From contig OZ076409.1 in assembly GCA_964187785.1 (NCBI GenBank), forward strand, positions 51,090,001 to 51,154,000: a stretch of 64,000 nucleotides of DNA. The letters are read 5' to 3'. The position numbers were made by a program, and so were the translations under genes. Below, piece after piece: positions 14,428-26,348 of this stretch (the first letter of the stretch is position 1; each line of letters opens with the position of its first letter). The notes under the pieces were generated by a model that was given only the letters and a program-made list of their open reading frames with translations, was not told where the DNA came from and searched no databases. The DNA is from Amphiscolops sp. MND2022. Lineage: Eukaryota.

Positions 14428-16781
14428 ATAATAAAACGCTGATTGCTCTATAGTAGTATATGTGCGAGCTGATCAGGTGGGGGGGGTGGAAGACCCACAT
14501 GTTTTAACATAGGCTATAGCGAGCCGAGAGCCGAGAAGGGTCTTCCACCCCCTAACAAGCTTGGGCTAATTTTTGCTCAATTCTGATTGGCTGACGACTC
14601 GTCTTGGGTTTTTCGTGCTCGATTCTGATTGGCTGACGACTCGAGTCGTGTACGATTCTGACGACTCAAAGGTATTGAGCCGAGTGATTGTCAATGTATA
14701 AAGATGTGTTCAATGTATAAAGATAGGGAATAGCTTCGGTAATGTTTTAAGGTAGGGAATAGGGTTTTTCGGCACTGTGCGACATTTTCGGCACTGTGAG
14801 ACTTTGGGTAAAAATTGAAATTTTGTTGGCCACGACCGCCGGCGGGAATAATTTTACCCGCCCCCGCAATATTTTATCCGCCTGCGGAATATTTTATCCG
14901 CCACCGCAAAAATTTATCCGCCACGGGAATAAATAATCCGCAATTCCGACTGGCTTTTCATGCTCGATTCTGATTGGCAGACGACTCGTCTCAATGTATA
15001 AAGGTATGGAAACGAGTGTCTGCTGATATATCAAGATATGCTATAGCTCCGTCAAAGTATAAAGATAGGGAAAAGTGACCAGAAATAAAAACAGCTAATA
15101 AGGTCAGCAATGTAATAAGATTGGTAATAGGGTTTTTCGGCATAGTGGGACATTTTTCGGCACTGTGAGACTTTGGGTAAAATGCAATTTTGTGAGCGCC
15201 AGGGGAATGTTTCCACCCACATTTGCAAATGTTGATCATAGTATGGAAGGTTTTTTCCGCCAGTGGGAAATTTTATCAACAGAATATGTTGAGCTAGATA
15301 CTTGACTGCTCTGTGGTGATAAAAAAATCTTTAATTGGAAAAAATTGCAATTATACTGTATAAATGAATAAATTCCACTGCTATAAAACGTAAAGAAATG
15401 TTGAATGTTGATCAGACGAGAGTGACGTTCATTTTTTAAACAATACATTGTGGTGTGGGTAAATGTAGTAAAAGGACTCTTGTCTGTTCGTACACACCCA
15501 TATTGCCAGGAATAGAACAAAGCACTGACGTCACGTCACTTTCACTTGCAAAATTCTTCCATATTTGGAAATTGGGCAACCAACGCCGCTTTCAATATAT
15601 CTCTTGTTCAATTAGTTGCAGCAAAAATTGAAATGAGTGAATGCGAATCATAACAACACGTCTTGCAGCACCCACACAACAATTCCGTGCAGCGAAATTC
15701 TGCCTTGCAGAGACTAGGTTCGAGCTTGTTATGCTTCTTTTATTTCGCTCAGCAAGTACGGAGAAATAGACAGTGGGCATTTGTCATAAACTCGTCCTTA
15801 CAATGAAAGTATTCACATGGTTAACCACTGTTCTTTCATTTGGGACCGTACAAAGAAGTCAATTATAAATTATTGAACAAGTCGTTCGTTAACAGTAACA
15901 TACAAAACCCAAGCTCAAACAAAAGTGTTTTAGGATTCGTCAACTGAGGATTAAAGAGTGACTGACAACAACCAGAATCCTGATTCCAGTCTAACAAACT
16001 AGTAAAGTGTATGCTTTGCGATGACAAATACGATAGTGCAGTGCAAGTAACAAGGTTCGTAAGAGACTGGGGTGGTGATAAATAATCAGTGTATCTTCTT
16101 TGTCTCCTGGGATGAAAACCTCATGATTGTGAGCAATTAGTCTGGTAGCTTCACGGACAATAAGTGCCAAGCGGTACAACTTGCAATTTTTGTATAGTGT
16201 GGAAAAATGTGGTAGACGTAATTTGGTCTTGACACGTTCAAGTCTCCCGCCTGGAACGATTGTAAGGCACAGTGTGAAAACATGTTGTTTGAACACAGTA
16301 GTTGAATCTGGATTTCCAATTTCCCTCAGCTGATGCTGCAATTGGGTGATGTTTTCGTTTGTACAACGAATAAGGACGCTTTTAACCATAACCACTGAAA
16401 TAAAGTGTACACAGTTAATTTTATGGATTTAAAGCCCAATTCTTGTTGACTCAAAACAGATTTATGCAATTGCATTTCTTGAAAGCATAAGTTGCACAAC
16501 GTATTAATTCTTGAATATCAAAAAATGAAAATGACACATATCGCAACAAAACTGTATCGCTACGGAAGCAACTCGATTGTTAAGCTGCTAACAGAATAAT
16601 AAAAAAAAATGCCGGAACGTTCAGTCATCATTGTCAATCTACCTTTTATGGAAGGTATGAGTCACTTTATCATAAAAGGGAGCGTAAACCTACCATAAAA
16701 GGAAAAAGTAATTACGTACTAGAGTCAGCGTTGCCTCTAAAGTATATGACAATCAATTTTTTCTCTCTGATTGTTGATAAT

Positions 16782-16931
16782 TTAAGGTTGTGACGTTGAG
16801 AAATTGGGACATTTAGAGCAAAATAATGTCCCAACGGAGCATCTCTTTTTGTGTACTGACAGGATTTGCTTAGATACTTTGGTACCACAATTGGCGCAGG
16901 CAACTTTTAGATTTCGATCAAGAGCAGGCAT
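16782..16931 (-). pseudogene. Zn-finger fragment resembling the extreme N-terminus of a Maverick pPolB ORF (left copy)
   Basis: MPALDRNLKVACANCGTKVSKQILSVHKKRCSVGTLFCSKCPNFST: CxxC..H..C / CxxC pattern, truncated. Confidence 0.5.
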
Positions 16932-17373
16932 TATAAGCAGCAAGTGTAACAAGACTCTATCTGAAAGCAAGCAACTAGATTGCAGAAAAGTGAAATGAAT
17001 AATGAATTGAAAGTGGTTGAAAACTCTGTTTATGTAATTGTTCAACCATATACGGAAGATATGAGTCATTGAACCATAAAAGGAATAGTTAGCCTTACAA
17101 AAGGAAAAAGTAATTACGCACTAGCGTCAGTGTTCCCTCTCAAGTACATGTCAATCACTTTTAATCTCCCTGAAAGTTAATTGCTCAAGTGGACCAAGTT
17201 TCCCTCAGGGGACGCCACATTGTCCGAAAAAATCACTCAAGTGGAACAAATTCCCTCAAAAGGACGCCAATACATCTGGGAAAACCTCTCAAGTGGAGTA
17301 GTTATACGACCATAAAAGATTAGTAGCGTGGGTAGCTGACAGCTGGTTACCCTTTCATCTTGCATTCCTTTAA

Positions 17374-18040
17374 TTACATTCCATAAATGGAAATTGAATA
17401 TAGTTCAAGTTTGATTGGTTGACAAAAGTAACACTCACAAGTCCAGCAACGGAATGCGTTGAAGAGCGCTTGAATGTTTGCTACATAGTAATTGTGACTG
17501 TTGTAGCGTAGCAAGCTAACAGTACCGGAATGATTCTGCAGACTCCATCTGACAAGCTCATCCACAAAATATCCGTCCACAGTGTCAACATCGTATAAAA
17601 TATTATTTATCCCTAGAGTTTCTTCCGCTGTCTGTTTATCGTTCAAGCAAACACCTTGAAAGGTTGCGGACTCAACTTTTCTTTTCTCTTTCATATAGAG
17701 ATGGAAAAAGTAACAAGTTCTCTCTTCTGACGCCAAGGATTTGAAAAAAAATTGAAATGTCACAAGTGTTTTGACTACAAGTGAGACAAATAATAAATCG
17801 TTCCTTCAAAAGATGGTCCGGTAAAAGTGCATTCCTACAACCCATTGGAATATTCTTTAGTAAAATTGCACAAACTAACATTTGTCAACTTCCAAAACTG
17901 CCATTTTGTGTTGACCATTCCACGGGGACAAGCTGTTATGTCATTTATTGAAGCAATCATTGCTTTAAAATGTTTCAAGCTGTCCCCTGTAGCCAACAGT
18001 TGCATTGTAACAATGTAACGCAACAAATCTGTATCTCTAC
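17374..18040 (-). pseudogene. Frameshifted fragment of Maverick protein-primed DNA polymerase B N-terminal region (left copy)
   Basis: Three overlapping frames give TKWQFWKLTNV / ILLKNIPMGC..LP / FQGVCL..INNILYD..LLRYNSHNYYV..FRCWTC, motifs I recognise from Maverick pPolB N-termini; no catalytic motifs present. Confidence 0.55.
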
Positions 18041-19077
18041 AGAAGCAACTTGGCAGTGAAACGGTCAACAGAATATTGAAAAAAATGGCGGGAAGTTCAG
18101 TCAAAACCTTCAATCTACCTTTTATGGAAAGTATGAGTCACTGAAGCATAAAAGGAAGTATAAACCTACTTTACCAGGAAAAATTAAATACGCAATAGCA
18201 TCTGCGTTCCCTCTAATGTACCTGTCAATCATTTTTCTTCTCTGTGAAAGTTGATTGCCCAAGTAGAACACGTTCCTTTCAAGTAGCGACGAGTAAGTCC
18301 AGGAAGACCACTCAAATGGAACAACTCCCTCAGTTTGACGTTGCGGAGCCCGAGAAAATAACTCAAGCGTAATAAAACCCCTAGGGAAGACGACACATCG
18401 TCTAGGAAAGCTACTCTTGGTGAATAATACCCATTAAAAGGACGCCGCATTGACTGCGAAAATCACTATCCAGTAAATTATCATTTTTTAACTCTAGATA
18501 GCGTGCGTAACTGACAGATGATTACACTTTTATCTTTTCTCTTCAAATATCAATTTCCAACAAAGGAATTTCTCAGAAATCACAAAATGGAAATGTTCAA
18601 ATGTCACCCCTCACGTAGCATTATCATTGTAAATTGGTAGTGGTACGACTGTTAATGATACTGTTAATAGAAAAGCGTATCATAGTCACACGCTTTCTCA
18701 CACTGATCCATTGTGAGTTGAATCAATTAGGAGTCAATAATAAACTAATTTTTTTAGTTGCATTTTACTTTACTCAAATGTTTCACATTTGTCACTTGGC
18801 TGACAAAATGGAGTATTTTTACGTTACACAATCAAGTGAATGATTGTTTATAGACCAACAAGTTGTACATCTAACGTTCAATATAAATGAGCTTTTCTTT
18901 TGTAGTGTATCAATCATGATTCATGTATCAAACTCATTGTACTTGATCAATCAATGACTATGCAGTGAAAAAAACAGATCCTGCTCACAAAGCACTCATC
19001 CACTGGATTAGCTAAAAATTCTGTTTAAGTAGAAATAATTTATTTTTTCCTTATAAAACAAAACAATAGACAACGAA

Positions 19078-19530
19078 TCACCGATTAAATAGTTGCAAAG
19101 TCCATGTACCAAAAATTTGTGCCTTCTTTTCAGCGCAGTGAAGAGTTGTTCGATGTCTGTAGGGATAGCTGGAACACAACCAGTCACAATTGAGTTCTTG
19201 AATCTTTGGACATCCATAGTCATCTAAATTTTCGACCTGCTTGCCCAGTAACGCGCTCAACATTGTGCATTTTTCCAATCCTTTTGCAAAGAATTCGGCT
19301 CTGTACTGCTTGAGACTAGTCAAAATCTTTGTAACGTCATTGTAGTCCAGGGCACCGCTTCTCCAATCAATTTTGTGCAAATTATTTGTGCACCAATGTG
19401 TTTGGAATGTTGGTTGAAAACTTGTTGGTGGTTTGAAGGAATATCCAAACACTTGTCCGTCAATAAAAACGCCCAACTCTTTCACAACATTTTTGTCTGC
19501 AAGCTCAACATCCAGCACAATCAGAGACAT
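19078..19530 (-). CDS. Maverick-type accessory protein, DEDD/DnaQ-exonuclease-like N-terminus and C-terminal Cys/His cluster (left copy)
   Basis: Intact 150 aa: IVLDVE..VKELG..FKPP..LH.IDW.SG..Y..FAKGLEK..NLDDYGCP..C..H..HCA. Confidence 0.65.
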   Translation of the reverse strand: MSLIVLDVELADKNVVKELGVFIDGQVFGYSFKPPTSFQPTFQTHWCTNNLHKIDWRSGALDYNDVTKILTSLKQYRAEFFAKGLEKCTMLSALLGKQVENLDDYGCPKIQELNCDWLCSSYPYRHRTTLHCAEKKAQIFGTWTLQLFNR

Positions 19531-20299
19531 TGTTGGAATTTTACAGAGACAAATTTGATTGGAGCTAACAATCTGGGTCACACTTGGTGTCGATCCAAAC
19601 TTTGTAAGTCAAAATGTAAATCTCTCAGCAAGCAACTTGTTTGTACGTCTATGAAATTTAAAATGAGCTGAAAATTACTACCGAAGAATTTAGTTGTCAT
19701 TCTACCATATCTGGCAATCTTTATTTGACGAAGTCTTCCCAAAAAGGAGAAGCGTCAATCTACCATATATGGAAGCGTAAATCTACCATATATGGAAACT
19801 GTAACCACGCTCTAGCTCAAGTACTCGTGAAAATATTCTCATATTGCTGAGAGATCTCTCCTTCGGGAGACCAAATGCGTACAACTGTATGGTAAAAACT
19901 TCAAAAGACGTTACCTTATATGGGAAAACCTCTCACGTAGAGCGACTGAATTTCTTCCGAGGTTCATTTTTTTTACCTTTCGTACCTCATGTATTACATT
20001 TCAAGTTAACCCATATTAGGTAACCATCAAAACATTCATAGAGCACTGTCAGAGTAATTGTTACACGGAGTCACGCGTTGCTGCCCGCAAAATCCGAACA
20101 TCACCAGGGAAGCAATACGTCCATTGATATACGGTAATATTGATTTTTTTACACTAGTGCCACTTTTTACACTCCCTTTGAGGTCTTGCGCAGAATTTTA
20201 TGCAATGAAAATTGACTACACATAAAAATTTTGTTTTTATATATGACGGTACTTACACTATTTGCATTTAAATCTGACATGGCGTAAAAGTTTTACTTT

Positions 20300-20680
20300 T
20301 AAATCTGACACGTTGCAAAAATTTCAAGTTAAAATCAGACGCGTTGTAAAATTTTCCCAAAAAAATACGACACGTTGTAAAATTTTCCCAAAAAAATACG
20401 ACACGTTGTAAAAATTCTACTTTAAAATCAGACAAGAAGTAGAAATTTTTGCTTCAAAATCTGTCTTTTTAAAACTGTATTGCAAGTGCAAAATTTGTCG
20501 TTTTTACGGAGTAAAATGGGTAAAAACTTGTCTTTTTAAAAATAAAAACGCCTTCCAAATCTGTCTTTTTAATTTTTTCATCTCGTGTAAAATGAAACAC
20601 GTTGTAAAATTTTCCCAAAAAAATACGACACGTTGTAAAATTTTTCCAAAAAAATAAGACACGTTGTAAAATTTTACTTG
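20300..20680. repeat. 31-bp-period repeats (GACACGTTGTAAAATTTT...) in the Maverick arm; mirrored at ~23040-23420
   Basis: About 7 copies of AC(A/G)CGTTG(T/C)AAAA at ~20306, 20338, 20369, 20400, 20597, 20627, 20658. Confidence 0.8.
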
Positions 20681-20710
20681 TAAAAGTGTGCATTTTAAGT
20701 TCAGTCAAAA

Positions 20711-20893
20711 ATGAGCAAGTGTTCCGACGACTTTTGTGACTTAGTAACGTGGACGATTTATACTATTGGAGCATTCTTGTTGTTCCTACTAGCCGTTGCT
20801 GCAATTGCTGCTCTCATTGGTCTATTTATTGTCATGTTGAGACTTCCTATCAACCTCTACAAGTCTCATTTCGTTGAAGAAAACATTGGTTAG
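20711..20893 (+). CDS. Small single-pass membrane protein, 60 aa (left copy)
   Basis: ATG start, long hydrophobic stretch IYTIGAFLLFLLAVAAIAALIGLFIVML; ends 1 bp from the convergent ORF. Confidence 0.5.
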   Translation: MSKCSDDFCDLVTWTIYTIGAFLLFLLAVAAIAALIGLFIVMLRLPINLYKSHFVEENIG

Positions 20894-20894
20894 T

Positions 20895-21494
20895 TTACAA
20901 AGATTTAATTTTAAAAGATACTAAATTACTATCATAATTACCGTAACCATCTAAAAAACAATCTACAATTTTTATTAGTTCTACTTCAAATTTTGTCTTT
21001 TTAACTTGTTTAATCCTGTCTGCGAAAACTGATCCACTCGTCTGTGTTGAAATTGTCTTTTGCAACGAACTCAGTAAATGTCTCTTGTATTTTTTACGCA
21101 ACAATCTCTTTTTTGCTATACTCGGCATCCTTTCAACCGTCTTGTGGTGTTGATTGAATCGTACAGCTCGTTCAACAATGTCAAACACTTGTCCACTTTT
21201 GGTAACAACCTTGCCATCGAAACGATACTTGAATAATGTATAAAGACAGTCGACCAATTGATATGTAAAACAAAAAGTGTCCAATTTTTCCATCAAGACA
21301 TTGATATCCTTCTCTGCAATGAGTAAAATGTGATATTTACAATTGGGAACGCTACACATGGAGTCATTGTGCTGAGCAACGCAATAGTCTTTGCTGACAA
21401 GATACTTTTCATAGGTGGTTGCACAAATGTATACACTTTTTCTAGAGTATAGAGAGTAAAAATTTGGAATAACTTGCATCATTACAGCAGCCAT
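20895..21494 (-). CDS. Hypothetical ~199-aa basic protein (left copy)
   Basis: Open ORF from ATG 21494; H..C....C..H cluster and KKRLLRKKYKR NLS-like patch. Confidence 0.5.
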   Translation of the reverse strand: MAAVMMQVIPNFYSLYSRKSVYICATTYEKYLVSKDYCVAQHNDSMCSVPNCKYHILLIAEKDINVLMEKLDTFCFTYQLVDCLYTLFKYRFDGKVVTKSGQVFDIVERAVRFNQHHKTVERMPSIAKKRLLRKKYKRHLLSSLQKTISTQTSGSVFADRIKQVKKTKFEVELIKIVDCFLDGYGNYDSNLVSFKIKSL

Positions 21495-21762
21495 CTGAAC
21501 GTTGTGTCTTTGTTGTACAAATTGAATCTGAAAAGATGGAATTGTTACCTTGAAAGGAATAATCACAAGACTATTCCATTTTAGGAAATGTTTACGCCTC
21601 GTTTTCCATAAAAGGAAGTCATTTCCTTTTAAGGTATTCCATTTTAGAAATGTTTACGCATCGTTTTCCCATAAAAGGAAGTCATTTCCTTCTAAGGTAA
21701 TGTTCATTCTGTCATTCAAAATTATTGCGTCATTTTTCCTTTTTAGGTAATGAGTGCACTTC

Positions 21763-21962
21763 NNNNNNNNNNNNNNNNNNNNNNNNNNNNNNNNNNNNNN
21801 NNNNNNNNNNNNNNNNNNNNNNNNNNNNNNNNNNNNNNNNNNNNNNNNNNNNNNNNNNNNNNNNNNNNNNNNNNNNNNNNNNNNNNNNNNNNNNNNNNNN
21901 NNNNNNNNNNNNNNNNNNNNNNNNNNNNNNNNNNNNNNNNNNNNNNNNNNNNNNNNNNNNNN
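21763..21962. other. Assembly gap (200 N), probably a negative gap
   Basis: 21586-21762 is repeated almost exactly at 21963-22139, i.e. overlapping contig ends; the true spacer is probably ~210 bp. Confidence 0.8.
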
Positions 21963-22227
21963 AAATGTTTACGCCTCGTTTTCCATAAAAGGAAGTCATT
22001 TCCTTTTAAGGTATTCCATTTTAGGAAATGTTTACGCATCGTTTTCCATAAAAGGAAGTCATTTCCTTCTAAGGTAATGTTCATTCTGTCATTCAAAATT
22101 ATTGCGTCATTTTTCCTTTTTAGGTAATGAGTGCACTTCCTTTTATGGAAGTCACGTGATTATTCCTTTCAAGGTAACAATTCCATCTTTTCAGATTCAT
22201 TTTGTACAACAAAGACACAACGTTCAG

Positions 22228-22827
22228 ATGGCTGCTGTAATGATGCAAGTTATTCCAAATTTTTACTCTCTATACTCTAGAAAAAGTGTATACATTTGTG
22301 CAACCACCTATGAAAAGTATCTTGTCAGCAAAGACTATTGCGTTGCTCAGCACAATGACTCCATGTGTAGCGTTCCCAATTGTAAATATCACATTTTACT
22401 CATTGCAGAGAAGGATATCAATGTCTTGATGGAAAAATTGGACACTTTTTGTTTTACATATCAATTGGTCGACTGTCTTTATACATTATTCAAGTATCGT
22501 TTCGATGGCAAGGTTGTTACCAAAAGTGGACAAGTGTTTGACATTGTTGAACGAGCTGTACGATTCAATCAACACCACAAGACGGTTGAAAGGATGCCGA
22601 GTATAGCAAAAAAGAGATTGTTGCGTAAAAAATACAAGAGACATTTACTGAGTTCGTTGCAAAAGACAATTTCAACACAGACGAGTGGATCAGTTTTCGC
22701 AGACAGGATTAAACAAGTTAAAAAGACAAAATTTGAAGTAGAACTAATAAAAATTGTAGATTGTTTTTTAGATGGTTACGGTAATTATGATAGTAATTTA
22801 GTATCTTTTAAAATTAAATCTTTGTAA
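22228..22827 (+). CDS. Hypothetical ~199-aa basic protein (right copy)
   Basis: Mirror of 20895-21494; frame open further upstream into the spacer. Confidence 0.5.
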   Translation: MAAVMMQVIPNFYSLYSRKSVYICATTYEKYLVSKDYCVAQHNDSMCSVPNCKYHILLIAEKDINVLMEKLDTFCFTYQLVDCLYTLFKYRFDGKVVTKSGQVFDIVERAVRFNQHHKTVERMPSIAKKRLLRKKYKRHLLSSLQKTISTQTSGSVFADRIKQVKKTKFEVELIKIVDCFLDGYGNYDSNLVSFKIKSL

Positions 22828-22828
22828 A

Positions 22829-23011
22829 CTAACCAATGTTTTCTTCAACGAAATGAGACTTGTAGAGGTTGATAGGAAGTCTCAACATGACAATAAATAG
22901 ACCAATGAGAGCAGCAATTGCAGCAACGGCTAGTAGGAACAACAAGAATGCTCCAATAGTATAAATCGTCCACGTTACTAAGTCACAAAAGTCGTCGGAA
23001 CACTTGCTCAT
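22829..23011 (-). CDS. Small membrane protein, 60 aa (right copy)
   Basis: Identical translation to 20711-20893. Confidence 0.5.
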   Translation of the reverse strand: MSKCSDDFCDLVTWTIYTIGAFLLFLLAVAAIAALIGLFIVMLRLPINLYKSHFVEENIG

Positions 23012-24190
23012 TTTTGACTGAACTTAAAATGCACACTTTTACAAGTAAAATTTTACAACGTGTCTTATTTTTTTGGAAAAATTTTACAACGTGTCGTATT
23101 TTTTTGGGAAAATTTTACAACGTGTTTCATTTTACACGAGATGAAAAATTAAAAAGACAGATTTGGAAGGCGTTTTTATTTTTAAAAAGACAAGTTTTTA
23201 CCCATTTTACTCCGTAAAAACGACAAATTTTGCACTTGCAATACAGTTTTAAAAAGACAGATTTTGAAGCAAAAATTTTTACTTCTTGTCTGATTTTAAA
23301 GTAGAATTTTTACAACGTGTCGTATTTTTTTGGGAAAATTTTACAACGTGTCGTATTTTTTTGGGAAAATTTTACAACGCGTCTGATTTTAACTTGAAAT
23401 TTTTGCAACGTGTCAGATTTAAAAGTAAAACTTTTACGCCATGTCAGATTTAAATGCAAATAGTGTAAGTACCGTCATATATAAAAACAAAATTTTTATG
23501 TGTAGTCAATTTTCATTGCATAAAATTCTGCGCAAGACCTCAAAGGGAGTGTAAAAAGTGGCACTAGTGTAAAAAAATCAATATTACCGTATATCAATGG
23601 ACGTATTGCTTCCCTGGTGATGTTCGGATTTTGCGGGCAGCAACGCGTGACTCCGTGTAACAATTACTCTGACAGTGCTCTATGAATGTTTTGATGGTTA
23701 CCTAATATGGGTTAACTTGAAATGTAATACATGAGGTACGAAAGGTAAAAAAAATGAACCTCGGAAGAAATTCAGTCGCTCTACGTGAGAGGTTTTCCCA
23801 TATAAGGTAACGTCTTTTGAAGTTTTTACCATACAGTTGTACGCATTTGGTCTCCCGAAGGAGAGATCTCTCAGCAATATGAGAATATTTTCACGAGTAC
23901 TTGAGCTAGAGCGTGGTTACAGTTTCCATATATGGTAGATTTACGCTTCCATATATGGTAGATTGACGCTTCTCCTTTTTGGAAAGACTTCGTCAAATAA
24001 AGATTGCCAGATATGGTAGAATGACAACTAAATTCTTCGGTAGTAATTTTCAGCTCATTTTAAATTTCATAGACGTACAAACAAGTTGCTTGCTGAGAGA
24101 TTTACATTTTGACTTACAAAGTTTGGATCGACACCAAGTGTGACCCAGATTGTTAGCTCCAATCAAATTTGTCTCTGTAAAATTCCAACA

Positions 24191-24643
24191 ATGTCTCTGA
24201 TTGTGCTGGATGTTGAGCTTGCAGACAAAAATGTTGTGAAAGAGTTGGGCGTTTTTATTGACGGACAAGTGTTTGGATATTCCTTCAAACCACCAACAAG
24301 TTTTCAACCAACATTCCAAACACATTGGTGCACAAATAATTTGCACAAAATTGATTGGAGAAGCGGTGCCCTGGACTACAATGACGTTACAAAGATTTTG
24401 ACTAGTCTCAAGCAGTACAGAGCCGAATTCTTTGCAAAAGGATTGGAAAAATGCACAATGTTGAGCGCGTTACTGGGCAAGCAGGTCGAAAATTTAGATG
24501 ACTATGGATGTCCAAAGATTCAAGAACTCAATTGTGACTGGTTGTGTTCCAGCTATCCCTACAGACATCGAACAACTCTTCACTGCGCTGAAAAGAAGGC
24601 ACAAATTTTTGGTACATGGACTTTGCAACTATTTAATCGGTGA
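24191..24643 (+). CDS. Maverick-type DEDD-like accessory protein (right copy)
   Basis: Identical translation to 19078-19530. Confidence 0.65.
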   Translation: MSLIVLDVELADKNVVKELGVFIDGQVFGYSFKPPTSFQPTFQTHWCTNNLHKIDWRSGALDYNDVTKILTSLKQYRAEFFAKGLEKCTMLSALLGKQVENLDDYGCPKIQELNCDWLCSSYPYRHRTTLHCAEKKAQIFGTWTLQLFNR

Positions 24644-25679
24644 TTCGTTGTCTATTGTTTTGTTTTATAAGGAAAAAATAAATTATTTCTACTTAAACAG
24701 AATTTTTAGCTAATCCAGTGGATGAGTGCTTTGTGAGCAGGATCTGTTTTTTTTACTGCATAGTCATTGATTGATCAAGTACAATGAGTTTGATACATGA
24801 ATCATGATTGATACACTACAAAAGAAAAGCTCATTTATATTGAACGTTAGATGTACAACTTGTTGGTCTATAAACAATCATTCACTTGATTGTGTAACGT
24901 AAAAATACTCCATTTTGTCAGCCAAGTGACAAATGTGAAACATTTGAGTAAAGTAAAATGCAACTAAAAAAATTAGTTTATTATTGACTCCTAATTGATT
25001 CAACTCACAATGGATCAGTGTGAGAAAGCGTGTGACTATGATACGCTTTTCTATTAACAGTATCATTAACACTCGTACCACTACCAATTTACAATGATAA
25101 TGCTACGTGAGGGGTGACATTTGAACATTTCCATTTTGTGATTTCTGAGAAATTCCTTTGTTGGAAATTGATATTTGAAGAGAAAAGATAAAAGTGTAAT
25201 CATCTGTCAGTTACGCACGCTATCTAGCGTTAAAAAAATGATAATTTACTGGATAGTGATTTTCGCAGTCAATGCGGCGTCTTTTTAATGGGTATTATTC
25301 ACCAAGAGTAGCTTTCCTAGACGATGTGTCGTCTTCCCTAGGGGTTTTATTACGCTTGAGTTATTTTCTCGGGCTCCGCAACGTCAAACTGAGGGAGTTG
25401 TTCCACTTGAGTGGTCTTCCTGGACTTACTCGTCGCTACTTGAAAGGAACGTGTTCTACTTGGGCAATCAACTTTCACAGAGAAGAAAAATGATTGACAG
25501 GTACATTAGAGGGAACGCAGATGCTATTGCGTATTTAATTTTTCCTGGTAAAGTAGGTTTATACTTCTTTTTATGGTTCAGTGACTCATACTTTCCATAA
25601 AAGGTAGATTGAAGGTTTTGACTGAACTTCCCGCCATTTTTTTCAATATTCTGTTGACCGTTTCACTGCCAAGTTGCTT

Positions 25680-26348
25680 CTGTAGAGATACAGATTTGTT
25701 GCGTTACATTGTTACAATGCAACTGTTGGCTACAGGGGACAGCTTGAAACATTTTAAAGCAATGATTGCTTCAATAAATGACATAACAGCTTGTCCCCGT
25801 GGAATGGTCAACACAAAATGGCAGTTTTGGAAGTTGACAAATGTTAGTTTGTGCAATTTTACTAAAGAATATTCCAATGGGTTGTAGGAATGCACTTTTA
25901 CCGGACCATCTTTTGAAGGAACGATTTATTATTTGTCTCACTTGTAGTCAAAACACTTGTGACATTTCAATTTTTTTTCAAATCCTTGGCGTCAGAAGAG
26001 AGAACTTGTTACTTTTTCCATCTCTATATGAAAGAGAAAAGAAAAGTTGAGTCCGCAACCTTTCAAGGTGTTTGCTTGAACGATAAACAGACAGCGGAAG
26101 AAACTCTAGGGATAAATAATATTTTATACGATGTTGACACTGTGGACGGATATTTTGTGGATGAGCTTGTCAGATGGAGTCTGCAGAATCATTCCGGTAC
26201 TGTTAGCTTGCTACGCTACAACAGTCACAATTACTATGTAGCAAACATTCAAGCGCTCTTCAACGCATTCCGTTGCTGGACTTGTGAGTGTTACTTTTGT
26301 CAACCAATCAAACTTGAACTATATTCAATTTCCATTTATGGAATGTAA
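25680..26348 (+). pseudogene. pPolB N-terminal fragment (right copy)
   Basis: Mirror of 17374-18040 with the same frameshifts. Confidence 0.55.

Larger units (their letters stand above)
14452..21566. repeat. Left arm of giant inverted repeat (7115 bp)
   Basis: Reverse complement of 22156-29597; the ORF track is mirrored, with only scattered SNPs and indels. Confidence 0.97.

Noticed and set aside
15991..16395. 134-aa ORF in the Maverick arm (mirror 27327-27731)
   Set aside because: Non-ATG start and no recognisable motif; mirror conservation is uninformative because the arms are near-identical.
21725..22127. ORFs spanning the N run (also 56879-57253)
   Set aside because: Artefacts of N translation.
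21586..22139. 177-bp direct repeat flanking the gap
   Set aside because: Most simply overlapping contig ends, not a biological duplication.
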